NCBI GenBank assembly: GCA_028534125.1
Contig: CM052817.1
Coordinates: 71,426,001-71,490,000, forward strand
DNA: 64,000 bases
Direction of reading: 5' to 3'
From: Lama glama
Taxonomy: Eukaryota
Each line of letters begins with the position of its first letter. Position 1 is the stretch's first letter. The notes beneath the pieces were generated by a model. That model saw nothing but the letters and a program-made list of their open reading frames with translations, was not told the origin of the DNA and did no database searches. Made by a program: the position numbers and the translations under genes. Of the stretch, positions 13,000 to 23,330 are shown in pieces.

Positions 13000-13510
13000 T
13001 GTCAGTGAGGGTCCTGTCAGGATCTTTTTTTTTTTTTTTCCTTTTCAGTCCTGGCCATGGTTCCTTATCTACCAAACTTGAGTTGCATTCATGCTGCTGG
13101 GAGTTCCTACTTACTGGTCCCTGGGGTTTCTGACCCCCCAGCCTCACCTCACTGGTGCTCTAGCAACAGGCTTCCAGCCTGCCTGTCCATCCCACCTTTT
13201 CCTGCCTGCCAGCCTGGCAGCTATGGATCAAACCTGGCCTGAAGCATCCCAGAGAACTTCTCCTCCATCTAATCACTGGAATCACTCCTTGTCCAATGAA
13301 GCCTGCAGCCCAGCCCAGAAGGGAAACCTCCTTTCCAAGTTTGTTCCCTCTTTGGGTACATTCACTTCAGCCCTAGGGTATTCCTTAGAGTTTTCTTTAC
13401 CCTTGTGTAAGTTAATCTCTCATTGCTTGGAAATAATTCTCCATGTTAAAACTGAGCCTATTCAAATTACTGTGTGGTTCCTGGCTCCTGACAGGACCCT
13501 GATCAATTTT
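13000..13510 (+). mobile_element. ERVL-type LTR remnant (LTR33/LTR41-like)
   Basis: 3' end ...ttcaaattactgtgtggttcctggctcctgacaggaccctga is typical of ERVL LTR termini. Confidence 0.55.
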
Positions 13511-13771
13511 CAGATTGCATTATAATTGCATTATGCCAAAATCCTGATACCGAACTAAGTACAAGAATTCACCTCTGTCTTCTCAAGAATTTTTCTTATT
13601 ACAGCATTCATACTTGAAGTCAGCTGTGGAGAAAAAAAGATCTTTTAGGATGGGTTGTAATAATATCTGAGCCTGAATAGTGCATGCTCAGCTGAAAGAT
13701 TTTTTTTCTTCCTCCCAAGGGTCTTGGTTGATCACGAATAAGTATCAAAAGCAGCAAACAAAAAACAAACC

Positions 13772-13891
13772 ATGGAGTGCAGTGGTAGGGTGCATGCTTA
13801 GCATGTGTGAAATCCTGGGTTCAACCCCCAGCACCTCCTCCACGAAGAAATAAACCTAATTATCTCTCTCCACCCCCCAAAGAAAAAAAAA
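13772..13891 (+). mobile_element. tRNA-derived SINE (camelid Vic-1-like)
   Basis: A-box-like cagtggtagggtgcatgcttagcatg, B-box ggttcaacccc, tail taaacctaattatctc...cccccc plus A-run. Confidence 0.8.
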
Positions 13892-14099
13892 TCACAAGAA
13901 AAATTTCAGAAAGAACTTTAGATTCCCCCTAAATTTATCCAGCCTCTTGCTCTCTCTTAGCCAGGAGAAGATATTTTTGTTGTTTACAGAATGTGCCATA
14001 ATAATAAGACAATGAAGTTCTATGGACAAACTTCTGGAGGATCACAGGGAAGCATAAACAGAGGCTCTCTCACACAGGAAAGAGAAAATAAGAAATAAC

Positions 14100-14320
14100 A
14101 GTAATATTAGCTAATGTTTATTACTGTGTACCAAGTACTATGCTAACGGCTTTACAGGGATTAGCTCATTAATTCCTCACAATCACTTTATGTGGTAGGT
14201 ACCATTCTTATACCCTTTGCACAGATGAGGAAACTGAGGCACAGGATAGTCAAATAACTACCCTCGAGCAGATGGCAGAGCTGGGCAATCTGATTCCAGA
14301 GCCTGTTTTCTGAAGTCCTA
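14100..14320 (-). mobile_element. MIR SINE
   Basis: aattcctcacaa...acagatgaggaaactgaggcaca. Confidence 0.85.
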
Positions 14321-17313
14321 GACAAGAACTTTTGCTAATCCAACCACTATGTTGCACAGTATTTTAAAATTTCCAGTGGAATTTAAGCAATGAATCCAAT
14401 GGCTCAAACACAGTTCTGCCTGTTTTGTAATTATACAATGAAAAAGGACAAGGGCCTTCCCAATGCACACAAACATTTACAACCACACACTAAACATACA
14501 CAGAGAAAGAAGACAGAGATCTAAAATGCTGTAGTTTACATCCACAACTACACACTAACAACTATTCATCCCTTCAACAAACAGGTAGCCCTCTCCCAGA
14601 TCCTGGAATTTGCAGGGAGAACAGGCAAACGTAATTCTTCATCCTACAAAGCTTGTAGTCTACTGGAGACGATTTTTCAACAGTCCACAAATCACTAATC
14701 GTGTATTTCCTGTGGTGAGATGCCACATAAGGTAGACACGCTCAGAGCCGTGAGACTGCAGCATGGGTTCCCTGACCTCTGTTTCCCAGGCAGAGGAAGT
14801 GGGCACGTGGGAAGGCTCGGAGTCAGGAATAAACAGCAAACCTAAGAAATTATCATGACTTTCTGCAGTTTGCCTGTTTAATTCAAAAAGCCAGTTTTCA
14901 CTGGAAAGGAAAGGACTGGGTTTCAGTATGTTTGCATTTCACTGTTTATTTATGTGGCAGGATGCCTGGGTTGAATTTAAGTGTGTCTCGGAGATGTCTG
15001 GACCTGTGGTGGGGCAGGTAATGGGGAGCCCGAAGGAGACCTGGGGGGGCTTCTAGAAAAGGAATTCCACCTGTGTCCTCTGCAATGATCAGACATATCA
15101 GGGTAAGTCTAGGGGGATGTGGTGGCCACAGGGGTCCATTTACAGTGGGGCTGAGGACCTTCCAGGGACAAACTTATCCAAGTAAAAGAAGAAACTAGAT
15201 CCAAGGAGCTCACCCAGTGGCAAGCTTTGCCTAGGGTTGGGGAGGAAATAAACATTCTGATGCAGGGTGATGGTTTCCCTAATCAGTCCCCTGGCCCCTG
15301 GATGCAAATCTGTTTCCTAAGTAGAGAAGGGTGCCAGTTTTCTCACACAGCACATCTAACCATGGGGAAATGAGGCATCTTGCCCCACCACAGAGCAGAG
15401 GGTGCCCTGCCTCTCAGAGGGGTGGTGGTTGCCTGCTAAGAGCTGCTGGACTTGGCCAGGCATAGAGATTTCAGAGCCCAGTGGAGAGATACAATTGCAG
15501 CTGGGGAGGGTGGGGATGGGAGGGAGGTGGGGTGAGAGTGACCACATAACAGAGATGCTTGATGGTGGCTGTGAGACTCCCTTTGGCAATTTCCAGAATT
15601 GGAGGCAAGGGACTTGGCAGGAAGTCAGAGGTCCTGCATCAGTGGGAGCTACAAACCAGCAAACAATTTGCCTCTACAGGCTGGAGGGTCCTAGGGAAAT
15701 TCGTTTTGTGTCAACGAACAAATGATTTGACGTGGCCACCTAAGTCAATTTGGAAGCTCAGTAGTTTTATTTCTGTTGTATTGATTTCATGATTCTAAAA
15801 CCAAGTTGAAATCAAAACTGCTTCTAATTTGGAAATAAAGTGCTCATTTTGTGAAAATGATCTGGTATTTTACAGTAACTCACGTATGGCTGTGAGCTGT
15901 GCAGGATGCAGGAATAGCAAACACTGCTTGCCTTCTCCTTGTAGAGATATTGGCTGCCTTGAGAAACACCCTCTGGAGTTTTCATAAATAACACATAGCA
16001 GAGAAGCACCCGGGGTCAGTTTTTCCCTCTAGTATGAAAGGAATTAGTGTAGTCGATAGAAAAGGAAACTGTGTATAAAACCCCACACTGTAGCTCAGGG
16101 TTTTAGCTCTGGGGGGGCCAAAAACATCAAAGATGGCAGAATCCAGTAGTGAGATCGCAGGGGGTGTGTCAGGAGGGGGCTGTCCCACGTGCTTAACCCT
16201 TAGGCTGCAACGTTATTTTCCGAGAGTGTATGTATGTAATCTTTTCTGTATAAATACGTATTCTATAATGCATGTATAAATAAGGTGGAATGCCAGTGGT
16301 TATAGCCTTCAACTAGTATATAGATGAAGAACAAAGAAAAGTGGAAGAAAATGTAAAAGGTTACAGGGTGAAATGGGATAGTGAATTTGATCTGATCTGA
16401 TCTGATCCAGAGCTTCTCCTTTTGCCCGGAGTCCTTCATGGTGATGCAAGGTTGCAGGTGTCATGGACTGGGCGATTCTGTAGGGGTGTGTGTGTCAAGT
16501 TTGGTCGGGTTGAGGGGGTTACTCAGTGCAGCCCGTCCCCTTCCCCGACTGTGGAAATCCCTGTGGTCACCTTGCTTCTCAGTGGCCCTCCCTGTTCAGT
16601 CTCAGGGCAGGTGTTTGTCAGTAACTGAGAGCCTGCCCCAAACCTGCCAGGGCTGGAGATTAATCCTACAGACCAACCAGTGGGGAGCCCTCTGAATTAT
16701 TTTAACAGTCCTGACCATTGATTTAGGATGCTCACTGTGGCTCCAATTAATTTTATTCATTTTGAAGAAAAACAAAAACAGCCAATAAGTAGTTATGTTG
16801 CTGAAATAGTGTATTCAGATGTCATTCTAATTTTTTCATCCCTAGGAAGCCCACTACGGCCTATTTCTTGGTCCTGAAGTTACATCTGCATAGCATTTTT
16901 GTTATCTTGACAGTGATATAAAATGCTTGTATGTTTTCATGCATGCTGTGTTCGTTTCTGAAGCGTGCATTGTTTGAGACTATGTTTTTCTTGGACTGTC
17001 TGCCCCTTGAGGACAGCTCTGGGGAGCCCTCGGGTCTGGACAACACGTACATTTTAAAGTGTTACACCCGTGAAACACCATTGGAGGGCTAGACACGTGT
17101 GGGGTTTTGATCAGCAGTATTTGGGGCTGTATCATTCTCGGGGTCTGCTCAAGAACTGGGGAGTTTCAGTGACTCACCTACGGTCCGTGAGCACATTGGT
17201 GTCAAGTGTGGAGTGGTCTTTCTTCAATTTTTAAGGAATGCCCCTTTAGAACTGCCCAGAACAAGAGAGAAAAGAAACTGGAAACAGTCTGGTTTTAAAT
17301 CAAAAGTTATGAG

Positions 17314-17319
17314 TTTATT
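17314..17319 (-). terminator. Distal poly(A) signal AATAAA
   Basis: tttatt on the plus strand. Downstream on the minus strand is agactgtttccagtttcttttctctcttgt (U/GU-rich element). Confidence 0.65.
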
Positions 17320-19840
17320 TTTAATTTTACTATACCAGAAAAAAATATTTATTTTAATGTCGTGAAATAGCACTTGAAAGTAACAATTCTGACGCTGCTG
17401 TGATTTGCTCTGTGAGGCTCATCTGGGCGGGCTTCTCTCTGAACACAGGCGCCCCGGCCCTAAGAGGCCGAATCTTCCAGTGGCTGTCAAGTTGGCCTTG
17501 CCTGAACACGCCCTGACGGGCAGACCTGCCTGAATCCGACAGGCTGCGGCTGCACTCTGAGGCTCTTGCTGGTACATTCTAGACTTCTGTCCACTGGGAG
17601 GAAAATGTCACAAGGGCCGCCAAGAAATGGGAAAATAACAGTGTTTAAATAACCAACGTGAGCCAGGACCTCTCGATCCTGCCTAAGTGTGATACAAATG
17701 TTGCCTGACCCTGATTTACAGGACCAGTTTCTTTAACTAGTTGCTTTAGGAGACATTTACTACAATGTAGGTTCGGGTTTGAATTTCCAGTGATGTATGT
17801 CTCAGAGTTGCCTACCCAGCATAAAATTACAATGCCATTAAGACCCCCCCAAACCTCCTCCCCAGGGGTGTGCTCCTGCTGTCTCTCTTTAGGGCTAGAA
17901 CATCTTGTTTCCCTTTTTTAGAAAAATGTAATTCAGGAGGAAGGGAAACCTGGAGATTATTTCCCCCCTTCTGTGAGCCCTGAATTTTCAGTTTGAGAAT
18001 GAAGCTCCTAACTTTGGTGATTCAACAGGCTTGTGACTATTCTTTGATGCTCTGCACAGGTGTCCCTAACTGGTCTCTTCACTTCTGGGTTCTGCCTTGT
18101 GGCTTGAGGACGTTTATAATTGGCAGGTCACAGCTGGCCTTGAAAGCACATGCTGTCCCTGCACTGACACTCACTTTGCTTAAGTCTTGGGTACCAGCAT
18201 AGAGGCGGTCGTTCACTGAAGATTGGGACCTAACGTGTCACAGTGATGGTTGGCACAAAATTTGAGTATCATTGCTTTACTAGCGCTCACTCTAATGTGT
18301 ACACACTACAGGCCAAACCCTGTGATGCATTCTTAGCAAAATGTCTTCTTGATGGCAATGGGTCTGAGGCACAAAGAATCAAGTCTTGTATGTAAATAGA
18401 AAAGGGACAGAACAACTTAAAAAAGCTACAAGAGACAATGACTCACAGCATGAAAACAGGCTCTCCTACCGATCCCGAATTGATAGCAAAATATTTATTA
18501 TTGAAAACAAAGATTGGCGAACTGGATTTTCATCATAAAACTCTCACACAACTGTACTTCTCAGGATGGAAACTTTTTCAGGGAAAGAAGCATCTAAAAG
18601 AGACAGACGTGGACCATGCACAGACAACTCAAGGACTGAACTCTGGGAGGTCTGTTTGACCTTCCCAATTTTCCCAGCAGCCCTCTTGAGTCAGCACACA
18701 GCCAATCCAATACCTGGGTTCAAGAGTCAGCAATTAACCAGCCTGGGAGGAGGCCCTCAGAATGTGCTGAGGCTGACTTAGTGTGGGACGCGTAGCGTTC
18801 TCTGAGGAGAGGCTGTTCTATCACAATGAGGAAGAGAGAGCAACCTGGGCGTGTCTCTCCCAGGTAACCCAGCAGCCTGGGAAGCAGGCCAGATTTCTGG
18901 AACATTCTACTCCAGTGTAGATGACGTCAGGTGCTTTGTTATTTTTATGTGACAGGTTTTATCTTTATTGTTAAAGATACTACATCTGACCTTAAAAAAA
19001 AAATTCTGTGGGTCTCTTTCTTAGAAGTAAGGTTCTTCCATTCAGGTCTACAAAAACCCCACTCAGGTGAGGTTTCTGACTCAGTCAGAGCTACATTAAT
19101 ACCGAGGGGAAGGGAAAGGGCATAAGTCTGTCTTTCCACTTCAGCGTATTATTCAGATGTATTATTACCTCTGCCCCTTGTTTTTGTAGTGGGGTGTGAT
19201 AAGAAGGATGAGCATTACCTGGAATGATCGTCTCAAGCCGTGATGCTTACTGGGTACTTTGGGCCTGACAATGAATACGAATATAGTAGTGGCTTTTCTC
19301 ACGAGCAAAACTAGAATGTCCAGATAAAAGCCCCTGCCCTATAAATAGAGCATCTCTCACTAGAATGATTTCCATGGCAAACTTGTGGACTTGGGTTGAT
19401 ACTTGGGCCCAGCATATCAAATTACATGTATTTATGTATGAAATGAAGATTTGGTTAAAAAAATTTTTTTTTAAATCCAGGAATGTTTTTACCACCCTGG
19501 TATTGGAATGTAGTGGAATATTTTCAATAGAAAGATAATCTGTTGTAGCATAGTGGGGCAGCTATAAAAACTTGCCTGCCCAGGTTTTTCTGGAATATTA
19601 ATTGATAGCAGGATTATCTGTGTGGCAGTCAGTTCTCTGATAGGATTCAGATTTGCCAGGGGCTGGTGGTCCAGCCTTGTATCTTGATACAATTAAGCAG
19701 CTAAGCTGAGATATGAAGAACACCGTACTGAGCCTGTTAACACCAGAATTTCAGGTTTTTTTTTTAAAGGTGTGTTTTTCCCCCCTCCCATGACACACAT
19801 CAGAAATGCCTTTAGATATATTCAGCTAATTTAAAAACTA

Positions 19841-19846
19841 TTTATT
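19841..19846 (-). terminator. Proximal poly(A) signal AATAAA
   Basis: tttatt on the plus strand, with a GU-rich tract (ttctgatgtgtgtca) ~35-50 nt downstream on the minus strand. Confidence 0.55.
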
Positions 19847-20456
19847 AGACATTCAGCCTGTAAACAAAGATTCTAAATTACCTCACAAGTGAACACAAGT
19901 ACAAACCTGTATCAAGACGAAAGTGCTTTGGAAGCATCACTTAGTGTCTGCTAAGGTCTGTGTGCATTTCCTTATTCTAACCTGCATTAAAGGATCACCG
20001 ATAAACCAATGGACTAAATAACTAAATCAACCAGATAAGCTCTAACTGGTCTTTCAAGTTAAACTCAAGTCAGCTGTTATTTGGCCTTTTCCGCATTTTA
20101 CTTATTTTGCTCATTTTCTGTCATAAGGAAAAAAGCTTATTGCACAATACCATGTCTTTTCAAAGCTCAAAATAACATCATTTGCATTCTAAGGATTAGT
20201 TGTTATAGCAGGACCTTCCTCTTTCCAGCTCATGTCAGTTTTTGCCCTAATGATACATTCCTCCATCAATGGTTCCCATCTATGAACCAATGTCAAGACA
20301 TCAGACTGTTCACACTGATCTAGCACAGATGTAACAGCTCCTCCCACCCCTGCTGCGTACCTTCCCCCCCTGGCCCCACCCATCTATTAGTCATGACTTG
20401 GTTTGCATGGATTCTTTGTTCATTGTTCAGACCATTCACACCGAATGGAATAAAAC

Positions 20457-20462
20457 TTTATT
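20457..20462 (-). terminator. Possible proximal poly(A) signal AATAAA
   Basis: tttatt on the plus strand. Downstream context is weaker. Confidence 0.35.
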
Positions 20463-21162
20463 CTTTTAAATTCCACACATAAACGAGATCTGAGAAAGCC
20501 CTTGTCATCTCTGACAGAAGCAGAGCAGCTCTGTTTCATGAGTGACAGCACAATTAAAGCTAAAATAATATAAAAATAATTTGAAAAAAATCCCTTTTCT
20601 GTACACTCTCAAGTAAAGCAAGAAAGATAAACAACAGCTTCTTTTTCTGCTAGCCAGAAAATATGTTTCTATTCATTTGGGCTTTGAAGTTCAGTGTGCC
20701 CCACATGGGTGTGCATATGTGTGGTTCTGTGTGTATAATCTATGCAGGGTAGCCCCTAACCTTTTCATCTAGTGTCTAATCATTAAGCTACTTAACCAAT
20801 TAGAATACTATTATATCACATTGAACAATTTTACATAATTGCGTCTTTGAAATACTAGGAACGTTTCACACATTTATTTGGCTTGTAAAGGACTGAAATA
20901 TTACAGATATTATATTATCTAGCTTTTTTTTTTTTAAAGAATATGGCTCTTAATAAATTGATTTTCTGAGTTCCAGAGCTAAAGTCCCTTTTAAAAAATT
21001 TCTGAAGCTGACTTGAAGCCGGAAGAATGTCTTCTGATTTGGCCAAAAATACGAGTATTTTATGTCATTGAAAATTTGAAGCATAAGTCTGTAAGGGGCC
21101 CTTTGTTGTCAACTGTTCCAGCCAAACTTGCCATGAAGTGTGTTTGTCAAAGTATCTCTACT

Positions 21163-21180
21163 TGGCCAGCAGAGGGCACT
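21163..21180 (+). promoter_or_regulatory. CTCF-like binding motif
   Basis: TGGCCAGCAGAGGGCACT closely matches the CTCF consensus TGGCCASYAGRKGGCRCT. Confidence 0.55.
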
Positions 21181-22000
21181 TTAAACACCTCTGCACTGCT
21201 CTGGGAGCAAATGCAGATGATGCCGAAACACAGTGTTCGCCCAGGATCAGGAAGAGCCCTGCAGAATTCTTTGAAATTCACAAAAATATATAAAATATGG
21301 ACTATACCACAGGGTTCCATTTGGAAAGTGATGAGTACACGTGAAGTCAAATAGGGAGGGCTGGACAGACTTAGTGTCTGTCTACTACACGGCCCTGCAG
21401 CTCTTCTGCACTGCACTGCACTGCCCACTTACCTTCCCACTGTTTTTTTCCCCCTTCCTAGCTCAAGGATGGTCCTGGGCTGCACCTTTTTACAGGTAGT
21501 ACAAAGTCCACTTTTCAAAATTGTTCAGCTGAGTTTTCTTTTTCCTATTCTGCATTTACTCTTCTGTTTAAAAAGCCCGAGGCGACGGAACCAAGGCTAA
21601 TGCATCCTGTCTTATTTAAGAGTCGAAATTACAGTTAAACTGTCAGAAATTGCTCTGAGGTGGAGCTGCCCTTTCAGGAGTGGGGCCGTATGGTTTCCTT
21701 CTTCCCAGGAAGGACCTGGGAAAAACAGCATGCCCACTTGGTTTTGGCAAACTCGCTAGCCTGAGGCTGTGCTCTGAAGGGAAACAAGTCTTTCTCTCAG
21801 TGGACATCGAATTGTTCACATCCATTTTCTCAGGAGGTGATTAAGACATCTTTTCTCACGGGGGCTACAATTCCTAACCTTTCTTAAAAATGCTTTAAAT
21901 TCTGCAAAAGCATTACTGTTCTAGATCTACACCCTGTGTCACTTCCATTTTGATCTCTTTTATTGACTCCATTTTAGTGTCAAAAAAGATTTAGAAAGGA

Positions 22001-22028
22001 GTGTGTGTGTGTGTGTGTGCGCGCGCGC
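22001..22028. repeat. (GT)n(GC)n microsatellite in the 3' UTR
   Basis: gtgtgtgtgtgtgtgtgtgcgcgcgcgc. Confidence 0.95.
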
Positions 22029-22430
22029 TCACACAGTTTTTAAAGTAAACGCCTTTGATCCTTAGAGAAATATAACACTTAGTAAATACTTTTTCTTTTC
22101 ATAGTGTTAAGAGCTTTTGTTTGTCTTCTGTTTCTCTCTGCCTCTTGCCCACTTTCTTTCTCACTTGTCCTAGAGTTGACAGATAAAGAGGGAATGCGGG
22201 TCTTCCAGCAGCAGTCCTTTGAGATGGAGGTGACTCAGTGAGTCCTCACCCAAAAAGGATCATAAACTTACTGGGCAAAGTCAACCTAATTATCCCTAAG
22301 CTGCCTTGGGTTTTGTGTTTGCTCATATGTCTTGTTTTAGCTGCACCATATGTGATTCCTTGTGCCATTTTCTTTTGTCTGTTATTTTTCTTGATGACCC
22401 TGAGCTGTGGCTTCCTCCTCAGTTCCAACA

Positions 22431-22855
22431 CTAGTCAGCCTTCGTTGCTTTCCTCATCTTGCCGATGTAGGCCTCAAAGAAGAAGTGGCAGAAGAGCACA
22501 AGGTAGCTGAGGTACATGAGTGAGGACCAGAAGACGTTCTGAAAGTGAGAGTGACACTGGTCCGGCTGCATCCAGTGAAAGACCAGGTAGTTAACGACAC
22601 AGCCCATCAGCATCTGAGTGATCTGGGACAAGGTGATGAACATGGCAAACATCCGGGAGACCCGGAAACCCGCTGCTCGCAAGGCATAGTAAGAGTACAT
22701 CACGGAGTGCACGCCATAGTTCATCGTCATGAACCAGCCACCCCCGGCAACCATGTCCTTGTAGGAGTACCAGGAGTACAGGAGCACAGTGATGTGGTGG
22801 TACCAGTGCAGGAAGATCAGCTTCTGCTTCCTCAGAATGATGAATATTGTATCTC
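22431..22855 (-). CDS. ELOVL6: ELOVL6 last exon, coding part (425 bp including TAG)
   Basis: Translation (G)[56 protein letters not shown]...[14 protein letters not shown]. Contains the HxxHH catalytic box and the HxxMYxYY motif. Acceptor ...cttcatctttcag|. Overlaps ORF 22431..22787. Confidence 0.98.
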
Positions 22856-22954
22856 CTGAAAGATGAAGGAGGGAAAGAACGTCCGTGAGCCTCTCGACCA
22901 GAACATCACCATCGCCATTTATATTTCCACAAGAAGGTGGATTTCTTGAACTAG

Positions 22955-23330
22955 TACTTGAGAGTGAGAGGGACCGGGTTAGGAGCCTGGACTGCGACCC
23001 TGGGTGAGTTACTAATCCTCATCATTTCCAGTTTCCTCATCTGTAACGTGGGGATAAGGAGAGAAGCGTGGCATTGTCTGGGGATTAAACAGGATACTCA
23101 GCATGCCTTCCTGGCACTTGGTGAGCACTCAGTAAATGCTACTTTCAGAAAACTGTTTTGCACACAACTCATATTTTTGAGTTGGAAGGGATATTAGTAA
23201 TCATGTGGCCCATTTCCAACTGAACCGTGCATTTTAGGAAATATCACTTGGAAGAGGCAAGTGACTTGTCTCAGATCATTCAGCAATCAAGAGAAACGAA
23301 TAGGAATCCAAGTGTACAGTGCAATGCTCG
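22955..23330. mobile_element. Two adjacent MIR fragments (plus at ~22955-23145, minus at ~23170-23330)
   Basis: cagtttcctcatctgtaacgtggggataa...gcactcagtaaatg, then gaggcaagtgacttgtctcagatca. Confidence 0.7.

Larger units (their letters stand above)
17295..22430 (-). other. ELOVL6: ELOVL6 long 3' UTR (~5.1 kb; distal end approximate)
   Basis: Repeat-poor sequence after the stop codon. It ends near AATAAA hexamers on the minus strand (17348-17353, 17314-17319), followed by a U/GU-rich tract. Mammalian ELOVL6 is known to have a long 3' UTR. Confidence 0.7.

Noticed and set aside
13772..13860. tRNA-like A/B boxes (also 45670-45745)
   Set aside because: SINE heads with A-rich tails and a TSD; no complete cloverleaf.
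1..17200. Exons of the neighbouring gene (EGF by recalled synteny)
   Set aside because: No EGF-like or other recognisable coding sequence seen.
18922..18929. Perfect CRE palindrome TGACGTCA in the 3' UTR
   Set aside because: A single 8-mer without promoter context is insufficient evidence.
22545..22859. 104-aa plus-strand ORF
   Set aside because: Antisense shadow of the ELOVL6 exon.
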